Shown: positions 27,453 through 41,074 of the stretch, one piece after another
Layout: each line of letters opens with the position of its first letter
Position numbering within the stretch: the first letter of the stretch is position 1
Assembly: GCA_951406725.2 (NCBI GenBank)
Contig: OX597832.1
Span: 49,166,001-49,230,000 of the forward strand
DNA from: Octopus vulgaris
Lineage: Eukaryota
DNA: 64,000 nt
Direction of reading: 5' to 3'
Notes under the pieces: model-generated
What the model saw: only the letters and a program-made list of their open reading frames with translations
Told to the model about the DNA's origin: nothing
Databases searched by the model: none
Translations under genes and position numbers: made by a program

Positions 27453-27602
<150 letters not shown>

Positions 27603-28051
27603 GGACGCCGGTCCGTCGCAGGTGAGCTGCAAGATGCAGTTGTACGCTATTACCTTCTGCCGGATTAACTCTATTTGTATTATTTCATTCTAGTATCCCC
27701 ACCCCCGGTCATTTTATAGACGTTCTTAAATATTTTGCTTTATTGCCAGCTAATGGTTGGCTCTCTGGATTTTTGCTTTGCCACGCAAAGTGTATGTGCT
27801 AAGAAGCGCCAGCAAGTCTACCTGGAATTACCTTCTACTCAATTAATGGTTTCTACAATAGGCACAAGTCCAGGAAATGTAAGGGGAGTTGATTGATCGA
27901 TACCATTGACCCCAGTATTTGACTGGTACTTTATTTTGTCGATACCAAAAAAGAGCAGAAAAAATTGTGGCAAAGAGGTTTTCTGGCGCTCAACTGATTT
28001 TGCCAATCCACCACCTTTCATAACGTATTAATAAAAAGGAAATAAATACAT

Positions 28052-28468
28052 AGGCGCAGGAGTGGATGTGTGGTAAGTAGCTTGCTTACCAACCACATGG
28101 TTCCGGGTTCAGTCCCACTGCGTGGCATCTTGGGCAAGTGTCTTCTGCTATAGCCCCGGGACGACCAATGCCTTGTGAGTGGATTTGGTAGACGGAAACT
28201 GAAAGAAGCCTGTCGTATATATGTACATTTAAATATATGTGTGTGTGTTTGTGTGTCTGTGTTTGTCCCCCTAGCATTGCTTGACAACCGATGCTGGTGT
28301 GTTTATGTCCCCGTTACTTAGCGGTTCGGCAAAAGAGACCGATAGAATAAGTACTGGGCTTACAAAGAATAAGTCCCGGGGTCGAGTTGCTCGATTAAAG
28401 GCGGTGCTCCAGCATGGCGGCAGTCAAATGATTGAAACAAGTAAAAGAGTAAAAGAGTAGAAGAGTAC
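28052..28468 (+). mobile_element. SINE family A
   Basis: Full-length match. Confidence 0.92.
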
Positions 28469-28507
28469 ATGGAATAATGTAGTCCTATATATCTGGGAAA
28501 AGAAAGA

Positions 28508-28972
28508 ATGGTCACGGCTTGAATGCGATATTCACTCTTGAGGGCGATATTCACGGCCTGAGTGCAATATTCGCGACTGAAAGTCAATGTTCATGCCTTG
28601 AAAACGATGTTCACCCCTTGAAAGTAATGTTCTCGCCGTGAAGGCAATGTTCACTACTTGCAGGCGATGTTCACAAATTGTAGGTAACGTTCATGCCTTG
28701 AAAACGATGTTCACGCCGTGAAGGCAATGTTCACTAGTTGCAGGCAATGTTCACTACTTGCAGGTGACGTTCATGCCTTGAAAGCGATGTTCACGCCTTG
28801 AATGCAATGTTCACCCCGTGAAGGCAATGTTCACTACTTGCAGGCGATGTTCACGACTTGTAGACAATGTTCATGCCTTGAAAGCGATGTTCATGCCTTG
28901 AAAGCTATGTTCACACCGTGAAGGCAATGTTCACTACTTGTTCATGCCTTGGATGCGATGTTCACAACTCGA
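28508..28972. repeat. 20-bp minisatellite, ~23 units, consensus atgttcacgccttgaaggca
   Basis: atgttca recurs at a 20-bp period. Confidence 0.92.
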
Positions 28973-29319
28973 ATGTTTACAGCTCAGTGAAGGTTGACTT
29001 GATGCTAAACAACACCAGTGACACCAACAGCAATAACGTCCTTTAAACCTTCCAAAATCAATAGAATGAAGAAATACGAGTCAATACTACAATATATCCG
29101 CCTTCAATCTTGATAATCACTCATTTGATTTATTCCTGGTGCTTTGGATTTTTTGTCTTTCCATGACGTGTACAAGAGGGATGTGGGGTATTGGTCTCAT
29201 GATCGTAAGATTGTGGTTTCGATTTCTGGACCAGGTGATGCATTGCTCTTGTCCGCTCAGCTGGCAAAAATGAGTAATCTTACTACGGATTAGCGTCACG
29301 TCCAGGTGTGGAGTATATC

Positions 29320-29620
29320 ACCGTGACCGACCAGGCTATCAGATGTTGCTACACATCGCTGGTCACAATGCGCTTCGCATTGTTTTAGCCTTCAAATGAC
29401 GCCACACCTCTGGCTAAGCGTGCAGGCCAATAGAAGAAAGAGTGAAAGAAAGTTGCGGCGAAAGAGTACAGCAGGGATCGCCACCACCCCCTGCCGGAGC
29501 CTCGTGGAGTTTTAGGTGTTTTAGCTCAATAAACACTCACAACGCCCGGTCTGGAAATCGAAACCGCGATCCTACAACCGCGAGTCCGCTGCCCTAACCG
29601 TGGGCCATTGCGCCTACACG
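29320..29620 (-). mobile_element. SINE family C, tail type 2, nested in an older V-like SINE (~29180-29680)
   Basis: Reverse complement of 56016-56318; TSD gtggagtatat. Confidence 0.88.
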
Positions 29621-29779
29621 TGGAGTATATACTCTATGGAAACCGAGAAACCGGGAATCTATGACTCGAGAAGGACGTTCGTCATTTTTTACAAGAAAGG
29701 TATAACTGGATTATTGTCTGTAGACTTATAAACGCTCAAAAAGCGACCTCCGATCACTTAACGTTTATTTCGTATCCGA

Positions 29780-30163
29780 GTGGAGGCGCAATGGCCCAGT
29801 GGTTAGGGCAGCGGACTCGCGGTCGTAGAATCGCGGTTTCGATTCCCAGACCGGGCGTTGTGAGTGTTTATTGAGCGAAAACACCTAAAGCTCCACGAGG
29901 CTCCGGCAGGGGATGGTGGTGATCCCTGCTCTACTCTTTCACCACAACTTTCTCTCACTCTTTCTTCCTGTTTCTGTTGTACCTGTACTTCAAAGGGCCG
30001 GCCTCGTCACTCTCTGTGTCGCGCTGAATATCCCCGAGAACTACGTTAAGGGTACACGTGTCTGTGGAGTGCTCAGCCACTTACACGTTAATTTCACGAG
30101 CAGGCTGTTCCGTTGGTCGGATCAACCGGAAACCTCGTCGTCGGAACCGACGGAGTGCTTCCA
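29780..30163 (+). mobile_element. SINE family C, tail type 1
   Basis: tRNA head gtggaggcgcaatggcccagtggttagg...ggtttcgattccc; TSD atttcgtatcc. Confidence 0.92.
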
Positions 30164-30529
30164 CATTTCGTATCCTCACAAAATAAAACCCCGTCTGTCT
30201 TTAAAATCATATCCACAATTGAATAAAATTAACATTACTTACCGACAAGACATATGATACAAGAGAATTCAAAGGCAAAGTAACAATAATGCTAATAGTA
30301 AATAATTGACTGGAAGTTTAACAACTAACAGAAGTTGTTGTTGTTATTGGTGTTTTGTTGATGTTGTTTTGTATATTCTATCCTTTGGGATTGACTAGTG
30401 GTGTATGAGTAACAAGTCACTTCAATCGTGAAAAAACTACGAATACGGAAAGGATAAGTTCCCTAATTACCGTAAATAACTAAAACCTAACTTTCTAGAA
30501 TATTTAAAATAACAAAGTCATCGCTAATA

Positions 30530-30592
30530 CAATATATAGATACATACGTACGTACATACATACGTATATACAGACATATACATCTACATACT

Positions 30593-30671
<79 letters not shown>

Positions 30672-30734
30672 GTGTGTATGTATGTGTGTGTGTGTGTAAG
30701 TATGTAGATATATATATATATATATAAATATATC

Positions 30735-30765
<31 letters not shown>

Positions 30766-30807
30766 TAAGTATGTAGATAAATATATATACATACATATAT
30801 ATATATC

Positions 30808-30873
<66 letters not shown>

Positions 30874-30906
30874 ATATCATATATATATATATATCTACAT
30901 ACTTAC

Positions 30907-30978
<72 letters not shown>
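30530..30978. repeat. Compound TA/TG/CA microsatellite
   Basis: Visible. Confidence 0.95.
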
Positions 30979-30981
<3 letters not shown>

Positions 30982-32274
30982 TAGAAGTACATTATTATCT
31001 CGAACAACAAACAACAACACAGGATTAATAGATCTATAAATTTTTTATTGTTTTTGTCATGTTAACGGTTGTGAATTTAATTGAACGAGTGATGTAGAAA
31101 TACATTAATATATTACCAACTCAGACTTGGACCGTTTGAAGTTAGAGGACGATCTACTATTTAAAAGAACTTAAAAGGTAAATGGATAATGTTTTGCTTT
31201 TTTTTTGTTCTTTTCGTTTTGTTTTGTTTTGTTTTGTTTTGTTTTCCGTTATTTTCCTATTTTAGAATCATGATGAGTTATCATAACATAAAACATAAAT
31301 ACTCAATAGTCACGTTTCACATCTGATAAATTTATAATTTTTACTCGAAATCAATTTATTTTATTGCTTTGTCCATCAACAAATCAATGGCGGTATTTCA
31401 TGTTTTAGAAACTAAAAAAGAGAGGAAAAAGAAAGTGACGAGTTAAAATTATAACCAAAAACCAAAAAAAAAAAAAACAAAAAAAAAACGGTGTAATATA
31501 TTATTGACCAGTTGTTGCTACAGTGGACTGTGTTCTATAAAGATTATGTTTTTCTCCTTCCAATTACTGCCTATTTTGTTTGCTAATCTGAACAACCATC
31601 TTTCAAACCACTGATTATTTACGTATATACGTATATCTGTGTATATCTATGTGCAGCAAGCCGAATCAACTTTAGTATCAGAATAGCAAATAACAGGCTA
31701 TTTGTTCGCATGTCATCGTTAGCACAGCATTGTGTCTGCAGCCAAAGAACGTTACTTTTTATACTTTTGCTGGTTATAATTGGTCGTTACTGTTGTTAGC
31801 CACAGGTCAGCAATGAAAGGAATGACCAACCTACAAATCAAATGCGATTCAGATGAGAACATTCTTTTCATATATTTGTAAGGCATGCAAAATCAAGAAC
31901 CAAATTATCCAAAATTCTCTTTCTAATATCATAGTCGTAGAACTGTGATTAGCAGCCTTTACTAAGCCTTAGGACATGCTTGATAAATTTTTGGCACTCG
32001 CTACAAATGTAATATCACATTTGGAGATAATGCTTTCAAAACTTTCGGCACAAGGCCAACAAGTTTGAGGGAACGGGGTAAGTCGATTACGTCGCGGCCC
32101 CGAAGGGATGAAAGGCAGAGCTGACCACGGCGGAATTTGAACTCAGAAGGTAAAGTGGGACGAAATGCCGCTAAGCATTTTAAGCTCATCTTTAAAACAT
32201 TTTGTCTGTCGTCCTAACGATTCTGCCCTCTCGCCACCATCACAATTGTAGATAATAAATTCAAGTGGAGGCGC

Positions 32275-32628
32275 AATGGCCCAGTGGTTAGGGCAGCGGA
32301 CTCGCGGTCAAAGAATCGCGGTTTCGATTCCCAGACTGGGTGTTGTGAGTGTTTATTGAGCGAAAACTCATAAAGCTCCACGAGGCTCCGGCAGGGGATG
32401 GTGGTGTTCCCTGCTGTACTCTTTCACCACAACTTTCTCTCACTCTTACTTCCTGTTTCTGTTGTACCTGTATTTCAAAGGGCCGGCCTGAATATCCCCG
32501 AGAACTACGTTAACGGTACACGTGTCTGTGGAGTGCTCAGCCACTTACACGTTAATTTCACGAGCAGGCTGTTCCGTTGATTCGGATCAACCGGAACCCT
32601 CGTCGTCGTAACTGACGGAGTGCTTCCA
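32275..32628 (+). mobile_element. SINE family C, tail type 1
   Basis: TSD aataaattcaa. Confidence 0.92.
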
Positions 32629-32812
32629 CAATAAATTCAAATTTCTAATATAAGTTTTATCTTTTATTTTAAAGTGAACCGCTTACAATACTGCGAAATA
32701 ATAAAGTTCTTGCTTTGCTTAAGAGAACAAATTCCTTTTTAAGATGTAAGTTTAGTTTGAAAATGGATTTTGATAAACATTTTCCACTTTGTTGCACACA
32801 CTAAAATGCCAT

Positions 32813-33229
32813 CTTATTTCTTTACTGCCCACAAAGGGCTGCACACAGAGGGGACAAACAAGGACAGACAAACGGATTAAGTCGATTATATCGACCCCAG
32901 TACGTAACTGGTACTTATTTAATCGACCCCGAAAGGATGAAAGGCAGAGTCGACCTCAACAGAGTTTGAACTCAGAACGTAAACACAGACGAAATACCTA
33001 TTTCTTTCTACCCACAAGGGGCTACACACAGAGAGGACAGACGAGAACAGACAAACGGATTAAGTCGTTTATATCGACCCCAGTGCGTAACTGGTACTTA
33101 TTTAATCGACCCCGAAAGGATGAAAGGCAAAGTCGACCTCGGCGGAATTTGAACTCAGAACATAGCGGCAGACGAAATACCGCTAAGCATTTCGCCCAGC
33201 ATGCTAACGTTTCTGCCAGCTCGCCGCCT
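32813..33229 (-). mobile_element. Family B SINE dimer
   Basis: Two units joined at aaata|ggtatttcg. Confidence 0.88.
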
Positions 33230-33964
33230 TCTTACTCCACCAAGGCGGATGCATGCACCCAGTGCAGTATCCCCCGGTGGAGAGGCTCGCTTGTGGCGCC
33301 GAAGGTAATTATTTCTAACTATAGTTACCTTAAGATACACAAAGCGTTTACTTTCAAAGTACAGTATATACTTTCCCTGTTTGTTGCAACCATTAAACTA
33401 ACATGTTTCACACCTTTAAAGCATACGGGTGCCCCAGATGGCGACTCCCTGGAATATAGACTCTCATGTGAGCCCGAATGAAACTGGTGGAATTCATATT
33501 ACTACTTGATACTTAAAGGTAAGCAAAAAGTCTATAATTGAAATGTTACGTGGGTCTGCAAAGATCAGTTAACATTTTCATGTAAATGCCGCAAATACTA
33601 CTAAAAACGCAAAAGAGCCATCATCTTTCGACTAGACCCCTAATATATTTACCCCTGCTGCAGTTTAATCGGGTCCTTATTTGTTATTCAAAAGGTAAAT
33701 ATCAACTGGTATGTCATAATTCATCCGTATCTTGTTAACCGTTTCAAATGCAAACCTCACCCATTAACCGAATATTGCATTCAACTGTTTATATATACTT
33801 CAGTAAGTATATATGTATGCATGCACATATGTGTGTGTATACGCTCTGCAACATAAGTATTGAGGTGATGCTTTCGAACACGGGTTAGTTTAAACTGCAA
33901 CTCTCTTCAAATTTTTTCTTTGATGTATAAATAGGTTATATCTTTTCCTTTGATGTCTGATATG

Positions 33965-33966
<2 letters not shown>

Positions 33967-34025
<59 letters not shown>

Positions 34026-34625
34026 TATATATATATAGAGAGAGATACATATATATATATACATATATAAACATATATATATATATAAACATATATATAC
34101 ATATATATACATATATATACATTTATATACATTTATATACATATACACACACATACACACATACATATATACATACATACATACATACATGCATACATAC
34201 ATACATACATATATACTTACATACATACATGCATGCATACATACATAAATAAATACATACATACATGCATGCATGCATGCATACATACATACATACATGC
34301 ATGCATGCATGCATACATACATAAATACATACATACATACATACATACATACATACATACATGCATACATACATGCACACACATACACACATACATATAT
34401 ACATACATATATGCATACATTCATACATACATACATACATACATACATGCATGCATGCATGCATACATACATACATACATACATACATACATACATACAT
34501 ACACACACATACACACATACATATATACATACATATATGCATACATTCATACATACATACATACATACATACATGTATGCATACATACATACATACATAC
34601 ATACATACATACATACATACATACA
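33967..34625. repeat. (TA)n/(ACAT)n array with an internal ~120-bp duplication
   Basis: Visible. Confidence 0.95.
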
Positions 34626-35299
34626 ATTCAGCTGCCTCGGGCGGGAAAGAATCCTGCAAATTCAATTTGTGTGCAGGACTTTGGCAGTGTGCAAACATTT
34701 TCAAAAATATTAGCTTGTAACATCCGTGCTGTTAGATGCCCAGCAGACATTAATATATCGTTCAAAGATAAAAAAAAAAGCAACAACACCTATAGTAAAC
34801 CAACAACAAATCTGTCTATACAGCACATATTTTAATTTTAGATTTATACAGGTGACTAGAGTACGAACACTTTCAGCGGCAATCGGGAGAATTTGGGATT
34901 CACAAAGAAAATGATAAATCCAAGGTGTTTATAGAACTGTAAAAATTTGATATAAACTATAGGAGCTGCATATATGCAGCCGTATACGAATGCCGATTAG
35001 CACACCTAGATATATCTAGGCATATCTGGGTACAAATGCACAAATAGATGACTATATGGTTAGTTTTGTCTAAATTCCATTTAAAAAGCGTTAATAATGC
35101 AGTGGACAGCAACTTTTTCTGTACTGGAGAGATAACTGAAAATTTAAATAAGCGAGTCAGTCACATACTAAGCCATTCACGCATACTTATATACGTACTT
35201 CGCGAATGTCTTGTTCACAACTAATTTTGCAGAAAATTTTCTTGGGGTAATTAAAAAACTGTCCGTTTCTTTGTTTGTCTGTCTGTTTGTCTGTCTGTC

Positions 35300-35331
<32 letters not shown>

Positions 35332-35399
35332 TGTATGTATGTATGTATGTATGCATATATGTATGTATGTCTATGTATGTATGTATGTATGTGTGTATG

Positions 35400-35431
<32 letters not shown>

Positions 35432-35449
35432 TGTATTTATGTATTTATG

Positions 35450-35481
<32 letters not shown>

Positions 35482-35830
35482 CATGTATGTATGTATGTAT
35501 GTATGTATGTATGTATGTATGTATGTATGTATGTATGTATTATGTATGTATTTATGTATGTATGTATGCATGCATGCATGTATTATGTATGTACTATGTA
35601 TGTATTTATGTATGTATGTATGTATTATGTATGTATTTATGTATGTATGTATGTATTATGTATGTATTTATGTATGTATGTATGTATGTATGTATGTGTG
35701 TATGTATGTATGTATGTATGTATGTATGTATTATGTATGTATTCATGTATGCATGTATGTATGTATGTATGCATGTATGTATGTATGTATGTACGTATGT
35801 ATGTATGTATGTATGTATGTATGTATGTAT
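35300..35830. repeat. (ATGT)n array
   Basis: Visible; motif is the reverse complement of 34140-34625. Confidence 0.95.
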
Positions 35831-36142
35831 GCGCGTGCAAGAGGCTATGGCCTAGTGGTTAGGATGCTGCACTCACGATCTTGCGATCGGGGTTTCGATT
35901 CCTGGACCGGGTGCTTTGTTGTCAAGCGATGGCGGAGAGACAAACATCGACACAAACACACAAATATATACATATACAAATGCGACAGGTATCTTTCGGT
36001 TTCCATCTACCAAATCCACTCACAAAGCTTTGGTCCGCCCGAGACTATAGAAGACATTTGCCGAAGGTACAAGGCAGTGGAACTGAACCAGGAATCATAT
36101 GGTTGGCAAGCAATCTCCTTTCCACACGGCGACACACACATT

Positions 36143-36244
<102 letters not shown>

Positions 36245-36307
36245 AATATATATATATATATATATATACATACATACATATATACATATATACATATATA
36301 TATAATG

Positions 36308-36339
<32 letters not shown>

Positions 36340-36342
36340 ATG

Positions 36343-36376
<34 letters not shown>

Positions 36377-36404
36377 CATATATATATATTTATATATATA
36401 TATA

Positions 36405-36730
36405 ATTCCAAAAGAGTCAGAGGTTGAGACTCCAACCAACTAAGGGATAATATCTATCCAATATACTGCTGGTAGAATACCAAATTATTAATAAACAAGT
36501 GTTTTTTATTGCATTGCAATTACATTACCTAGTGTAGGGGTGAAGGTAAAGCGATATTTTACCATTAATTTATAGAGCAATAAGAAAATGGAGGCGATCA
36601 ATAGGAGGTTCATCAACTTTGAGACATTATATTATGTCAATTTATTTATTAGGAAATAAATATATAAGTTGACATAATATAATGTCTAAAAGTTAATGAA
36701 CCACCTATAGATCCCCTCCATATACTTATT

Positions 36731-36735
<5 letters not shown>
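36405..36735 (-). mobile_element. Microsatellite-flanked element with a 77-bp-arm fold-back
   Basis: 36574-36650 pairs with 36659-36735, 9 mismatches and no indels. Confidence 0.7.
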
Positions 36736-36771
<36 letters not shown>

Positions 36772-36794
36772 ATATATATATATATATAGATAGA

Positions 36795-37234
<440 letters not shown>

Positions 37235-37477
37235 CCTGCAGTTTGTTTTATCGGCAAGTTTTAGAAATCTTTGGAGGAAATATTTAAAAGATCTAAATAG
37301 CATTTTCAAGTTATGCATATATTTATATTCAATGATGTAAATGATGTTTTAAATTTTTTATATATGGTAGAGAACAAAATGAAAAACACTTAAGTTGGCA
37401 AACATTTAGTAATACATTATATTATACACAATAGTTTGATAATTTTTTTTTCCTGAATGGATAACTGTCTGTTGTCT

Positions 37478-37974
37478 ATCAGGCTGAGTAAAAAGTAAGC
37501 AACGTTTTAAAACATGAAATTCATCACAAAATATTTCAACAATGCGGTAGTCTTATTCATCAAAGTAAGTACCATTACAATCATTTTTGCAAACATGATA
37601 TAAGTTTGTTTATCCTGGTAGCATAAATATCTTGAGTTCTGGTGCTGATGAACTTTTTGGATGCAGTTTCAGCTGCGGTTTGAATTTTTAAGGTAGAAAC
37701 GTTAGCACGCCGGGCGAAATGGTTAGTGGTATTTCGTCTGCGGTTACGTTCTGAGTTCAAATTCCGCCGAGGTCGACTTTGCCTTTCATCCTTTCTGGGT
37801 CGATTAAATAAGTACTAGTTACGCACTGGGGTCGATATAATCGAATTAATCCGTTTGTCTGTCCTTGTTTGTCCTCTCTGTGTTTAGCCACTTGTGGGTA
37901 GTAAAGAAATAGGTTTGAATTTTTAAGTCCTTCTATCGCAGGAAACCATCAAGGTGCTTGAAAATACATACATA
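37478..37974 (-). pseudogene. Mariner (Hsmar1/cecropia-like) transposase C-terminus and TIR, interrupted by a SINE
   Basis: Removing the SINE gives FKHLDGFLR*KDLKIQTAAETASKKFISTRTQDIYATRINKLISCLQK/DCNGTYFDE*, resembling the Hsmar1-type C-terminus. Confidence 0.85.
37693..37911 (+). mobile_element. Family B SINE with 16-bp TSD
   Basis: ggtttgaatttttaag at 37677-37692 and 37912-37927. Confidence 0.92.
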
Positions 37975-37981
37975 CATACAC

Positions 37982-38019
<38 letters not shown>

Positions 38020-38247
38020 ATTTAAGTGCCTGTGTTTGTCCCCCCACCACCACCAACATCGCTTGACAACCGATGCTGGTGTGTTTACGTCCCCGTAACT
38101 TAGCCGTTCAGCAAAAGAGCCCGATAGAATAATTACTAGGCTTGCAAAGAATAAGTCCTGGGGCGGGGGGTCGATTTGCTCGACTAAAGGCGGTGCTCCA
38201 GCATGGCCACAGTCGCATGACTGAAACAAGTAAAAGAGTAAAGAGTA
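37975..38247 (+). mobile_element. SINE family A, 3' half
   Basis: Tail match. Confidence 0.88.
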
Positions 38248-38571
38248 TAAAGATATGCTTCTGTGTTCATAATGAGTCACTATAAAAGCACAAATAATTT
38301 ACTTTAATACTTGACAGCGGATATGTTGTTAATATTGACTAGTCAATCCCTCGACATCATTTATGTTGCTTTCATTTCACTCCAGAAAGCTAAAAGCTTA
38401 AATCGATTCCAGCGGGACCCGAAGTGAGAACATAAAAGTACGTAACTGCATATTGTTATACTATTTACTTTGTCACTCTCCTACCTGCTTTATGACTCAA
38501 TTTTCCTCCGCACAGACGCAAGAGCTGACGTGCAGATACACACAATAGTAATAGTAATATTGTTTTTTTAG

Positions 38572-39358
38572 ATTTTGGCACAAGGCCAGTATGTTTGGGG
38601 AGGGTTTAAGTCGGTTACTTCGACCCCACTGCTCAATTGATACTTATTATATCGACCTTAAAAAGGATGAAAGGAAAAGCCGACCTCGGCGAGATTTGAA
38701 CTCAGAACGTAACGACACGGAAGAAATGCCGCTAATCATTTTGCCCAGCGTGCTAACGATGCTTCCAGCTCGCCGCCTTAACAGTAATAATAATAATAAT
38801 GGTTTCAAATTTTGGCACAAGGCCAGCAACTTAGGGGGAGGAGGTTAGTGGATTATATCGGTCCCACTGCTCAACTGGTACTTATTTTATCGATCCCGAA
38901 AAGATGAAAGGCAAAGCCGACCTCCACGGAATTTGTACTCAGAATGTGAAGACAGACAAAATACCTATTTCTTTACCAACCACAAGGGGCTAAACACAGA
39001 GGAGACAAACAAGGACAGACAGACAGACGGATTAAGTCGATTATATCCACCCCAGTGCGTAACTGGTACTTAATTTATCGACCCCGAAAGGATGAAAGGC
39101 AAAGTCGACCTCGGCGGAATTTGAACTCAGAACGTAACGGCAGACGAAATGCCGCTGAGCATTTTGCTTAGCGAGCTAACGATTCTACCAAACCGCCATC
39201 TTAATAATAACCCTTTCTAATGAAGGCACAAGGCCTGAAATTTTGGGGGGAGGGGTAAGCTGACCTCGGCGGAATTTGAACTCAAAACGTAAAGACAGAC
39301 GAAATGCCGCGAAGCATTTTTCCCGGCGTGCAAACGATTCTGCCAACTCACCGCCTTA
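38572..39358 (-). mobile_element. Cluster of ~4 family B SINEs separated by (AAT)n
   Basis: Repeated Meta-like cores. Confidence 0.85.
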
Positions 39359-39396
39359 ATAGTAATGTTAATGATATCATACAGTTTCTGTGTTCG

Positions 39397-39780
39397 TGGA
39401 GGCGCAATGGCCCAGTGGTTAGGGCTGCGGACTTGCGGTCATAGGATCGCGGTTTCGATTCCCAGACCGGGCGTTGTGAGTGTTTATTGAGCGAAAACAC
39501 CTAAAGCTCCACGAGGCTCCGGCAGGGGATGGTGGTGATGCCTGCTGTACTCTTTCACCACAACTTTCTCTCACTCTTACTTCCTGTTTCTGTTGTACCT
39601 CTATGTCAAAGGGCCGGCCTTGTCACTCTCTATGTCATGCTGAATATCCCCGAGAACTACGTTAAGGGTGCACGTGTCTGTGGAGTGCTCAGCCACTTAC
39701 ACGTTAATTTCACGAGCAGGCTGTTCCGTTGATTCGGATCAACCGGAACCCTCGTCGTCGCAACCGACGGAGTGCTTCCA
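39397..39780 (+). mobile_element. SINE family C, tail type 1
   Basis: TSD acagtttctgtgt. Confidence 0.92.
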
Positions 39781-40257
39781 CAGTTTCTGTGTAGCAAATT
39801 TCTCTCATAACGTACAATCAATCAATCAAAATAGCGAAATAAACACATAACGGAATGAAAGACATAACACTTGCCGAGCGCTTCACACATTGGTGTCGAA
39901 ACAGAATCTCCTCGGTCCCTAGCGAACTTCTGAACCACATAGCTACGTTTGCACTAATACAATATATTTCTTTAATTTCTTTCTTATTCTTTTTTGGTTT
40001 GTTTTGCATGTTCTAGTTTCTTTTTCTTTCTTTTTTTTTTTTTTGCACTTCTCATTCTCATACGATCTACAGATGTAAGAGATTTTATTAAATCTTAAAT
40101 AGAAATATTAACTGGGATTAGAGTCATTGATACATTATGCAGATGTGAGATAAGAGCGGCAGAACAAGAAATACTACTCAGCAAAAAAAGAAAAGAAAGA
40201 AAGAAGTATACCAAGTACTGATATTAAAATCGTGGTTGAAGTATTAGTGATGTGTGT

Positions 40258-41074
40258 AAGGCGGCGAGCTGGCAGAAACGTTAGCACGCCGGGCGAAATA
40301 CGTAGCCGTATTTCGTCTGCCGTTACGTTCTGGGTTCAAATTCCGCCGAGGTCGACTTTGCCTTTCATCCTTTTCGGGGTCGATTAAATAAGTACCAGTT
40401 AGGCACTGGGGTCGATGTAATCGATCTAATCCCTCTGTCGGTCCTTGTTTGTCCCCTCTATGTTTAGCCCCTTGTGGGCAAGAAAGAAATAAGAAACGTT
40501 AGCACGCCGGGCGAAATGCGTAGCCGTATTTCGTCTGCCGTTACGTTCTGGGTTCAAATTCCGCCGAGGTCGACTTTGCCTTTCATCCTTTCGGGGTCGA
40601 TTAAATAAGTACCAGTTACGAACTGGGTCGATGTAATCGACTTAATACCTATGTCCGTCCTTGTTTGTCCCCTCTGTGTTTAGCCCCTTGTGGGCAAGAA
40701 AGAAATAGGTATTTCGTCTGCCGTTACGTTGTGAGTTCAAATTCCGCCGAGGTCGACTTTGCCTTTCATCCTTTTGGGGTCGATTAAATAAGTACCAGTT
40801 GCGCACTGGGGTCGATGTAATTGATTTATACTTATGTCTGTCCTTGTTTGTCCCCTCTATGTTTATCCCCTTGTGGGTAATAAAGAAATACGTATTTCGT
40901 CTGCCGTTACGTTCTGAGTTCAAATTCCGCCGAGGTCGACTTCGCCTTTCATCCTTTCGGGGTCGATTAAATAAGTACCAGTTACGCACTGGGGTCGATG
41001 TAATCGACTTAATCCGTTTGTCTGCCCTTGTTTGTCCCCTCTGTGTTTAGCCCCTTATGGGTAGTAAAGAAATA
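40258..41074 (+). mobile_element. Family B SINE tetramer bounded by one ~22-bp TSD
   Basis: ggttg(a/t)agtattagtgatgtgt at 40234 and 41075. Confidence 0.9.

Noticed and set aside
28508-28972. CRISPR-like or coding repeat
   Set aside because: Contiguous 20-bp units without unique spacers; period not a multiple of 3; no cas genes
29780-29856. tRNA gene
   Set aside because: SINE head continuing into a repeat body with a TSD; the same applies to the other SINE heads
32789-33481. 230-aa ORF
   Set aside because: Mostly antisense SINE dimer; the putative exon 33422-33518 is closed in all frames
33860-33912. Minus-strand UUGAAGA...GAAA motif
   Set aside because: Stems I and III do not pair and stem II is half GU pairs
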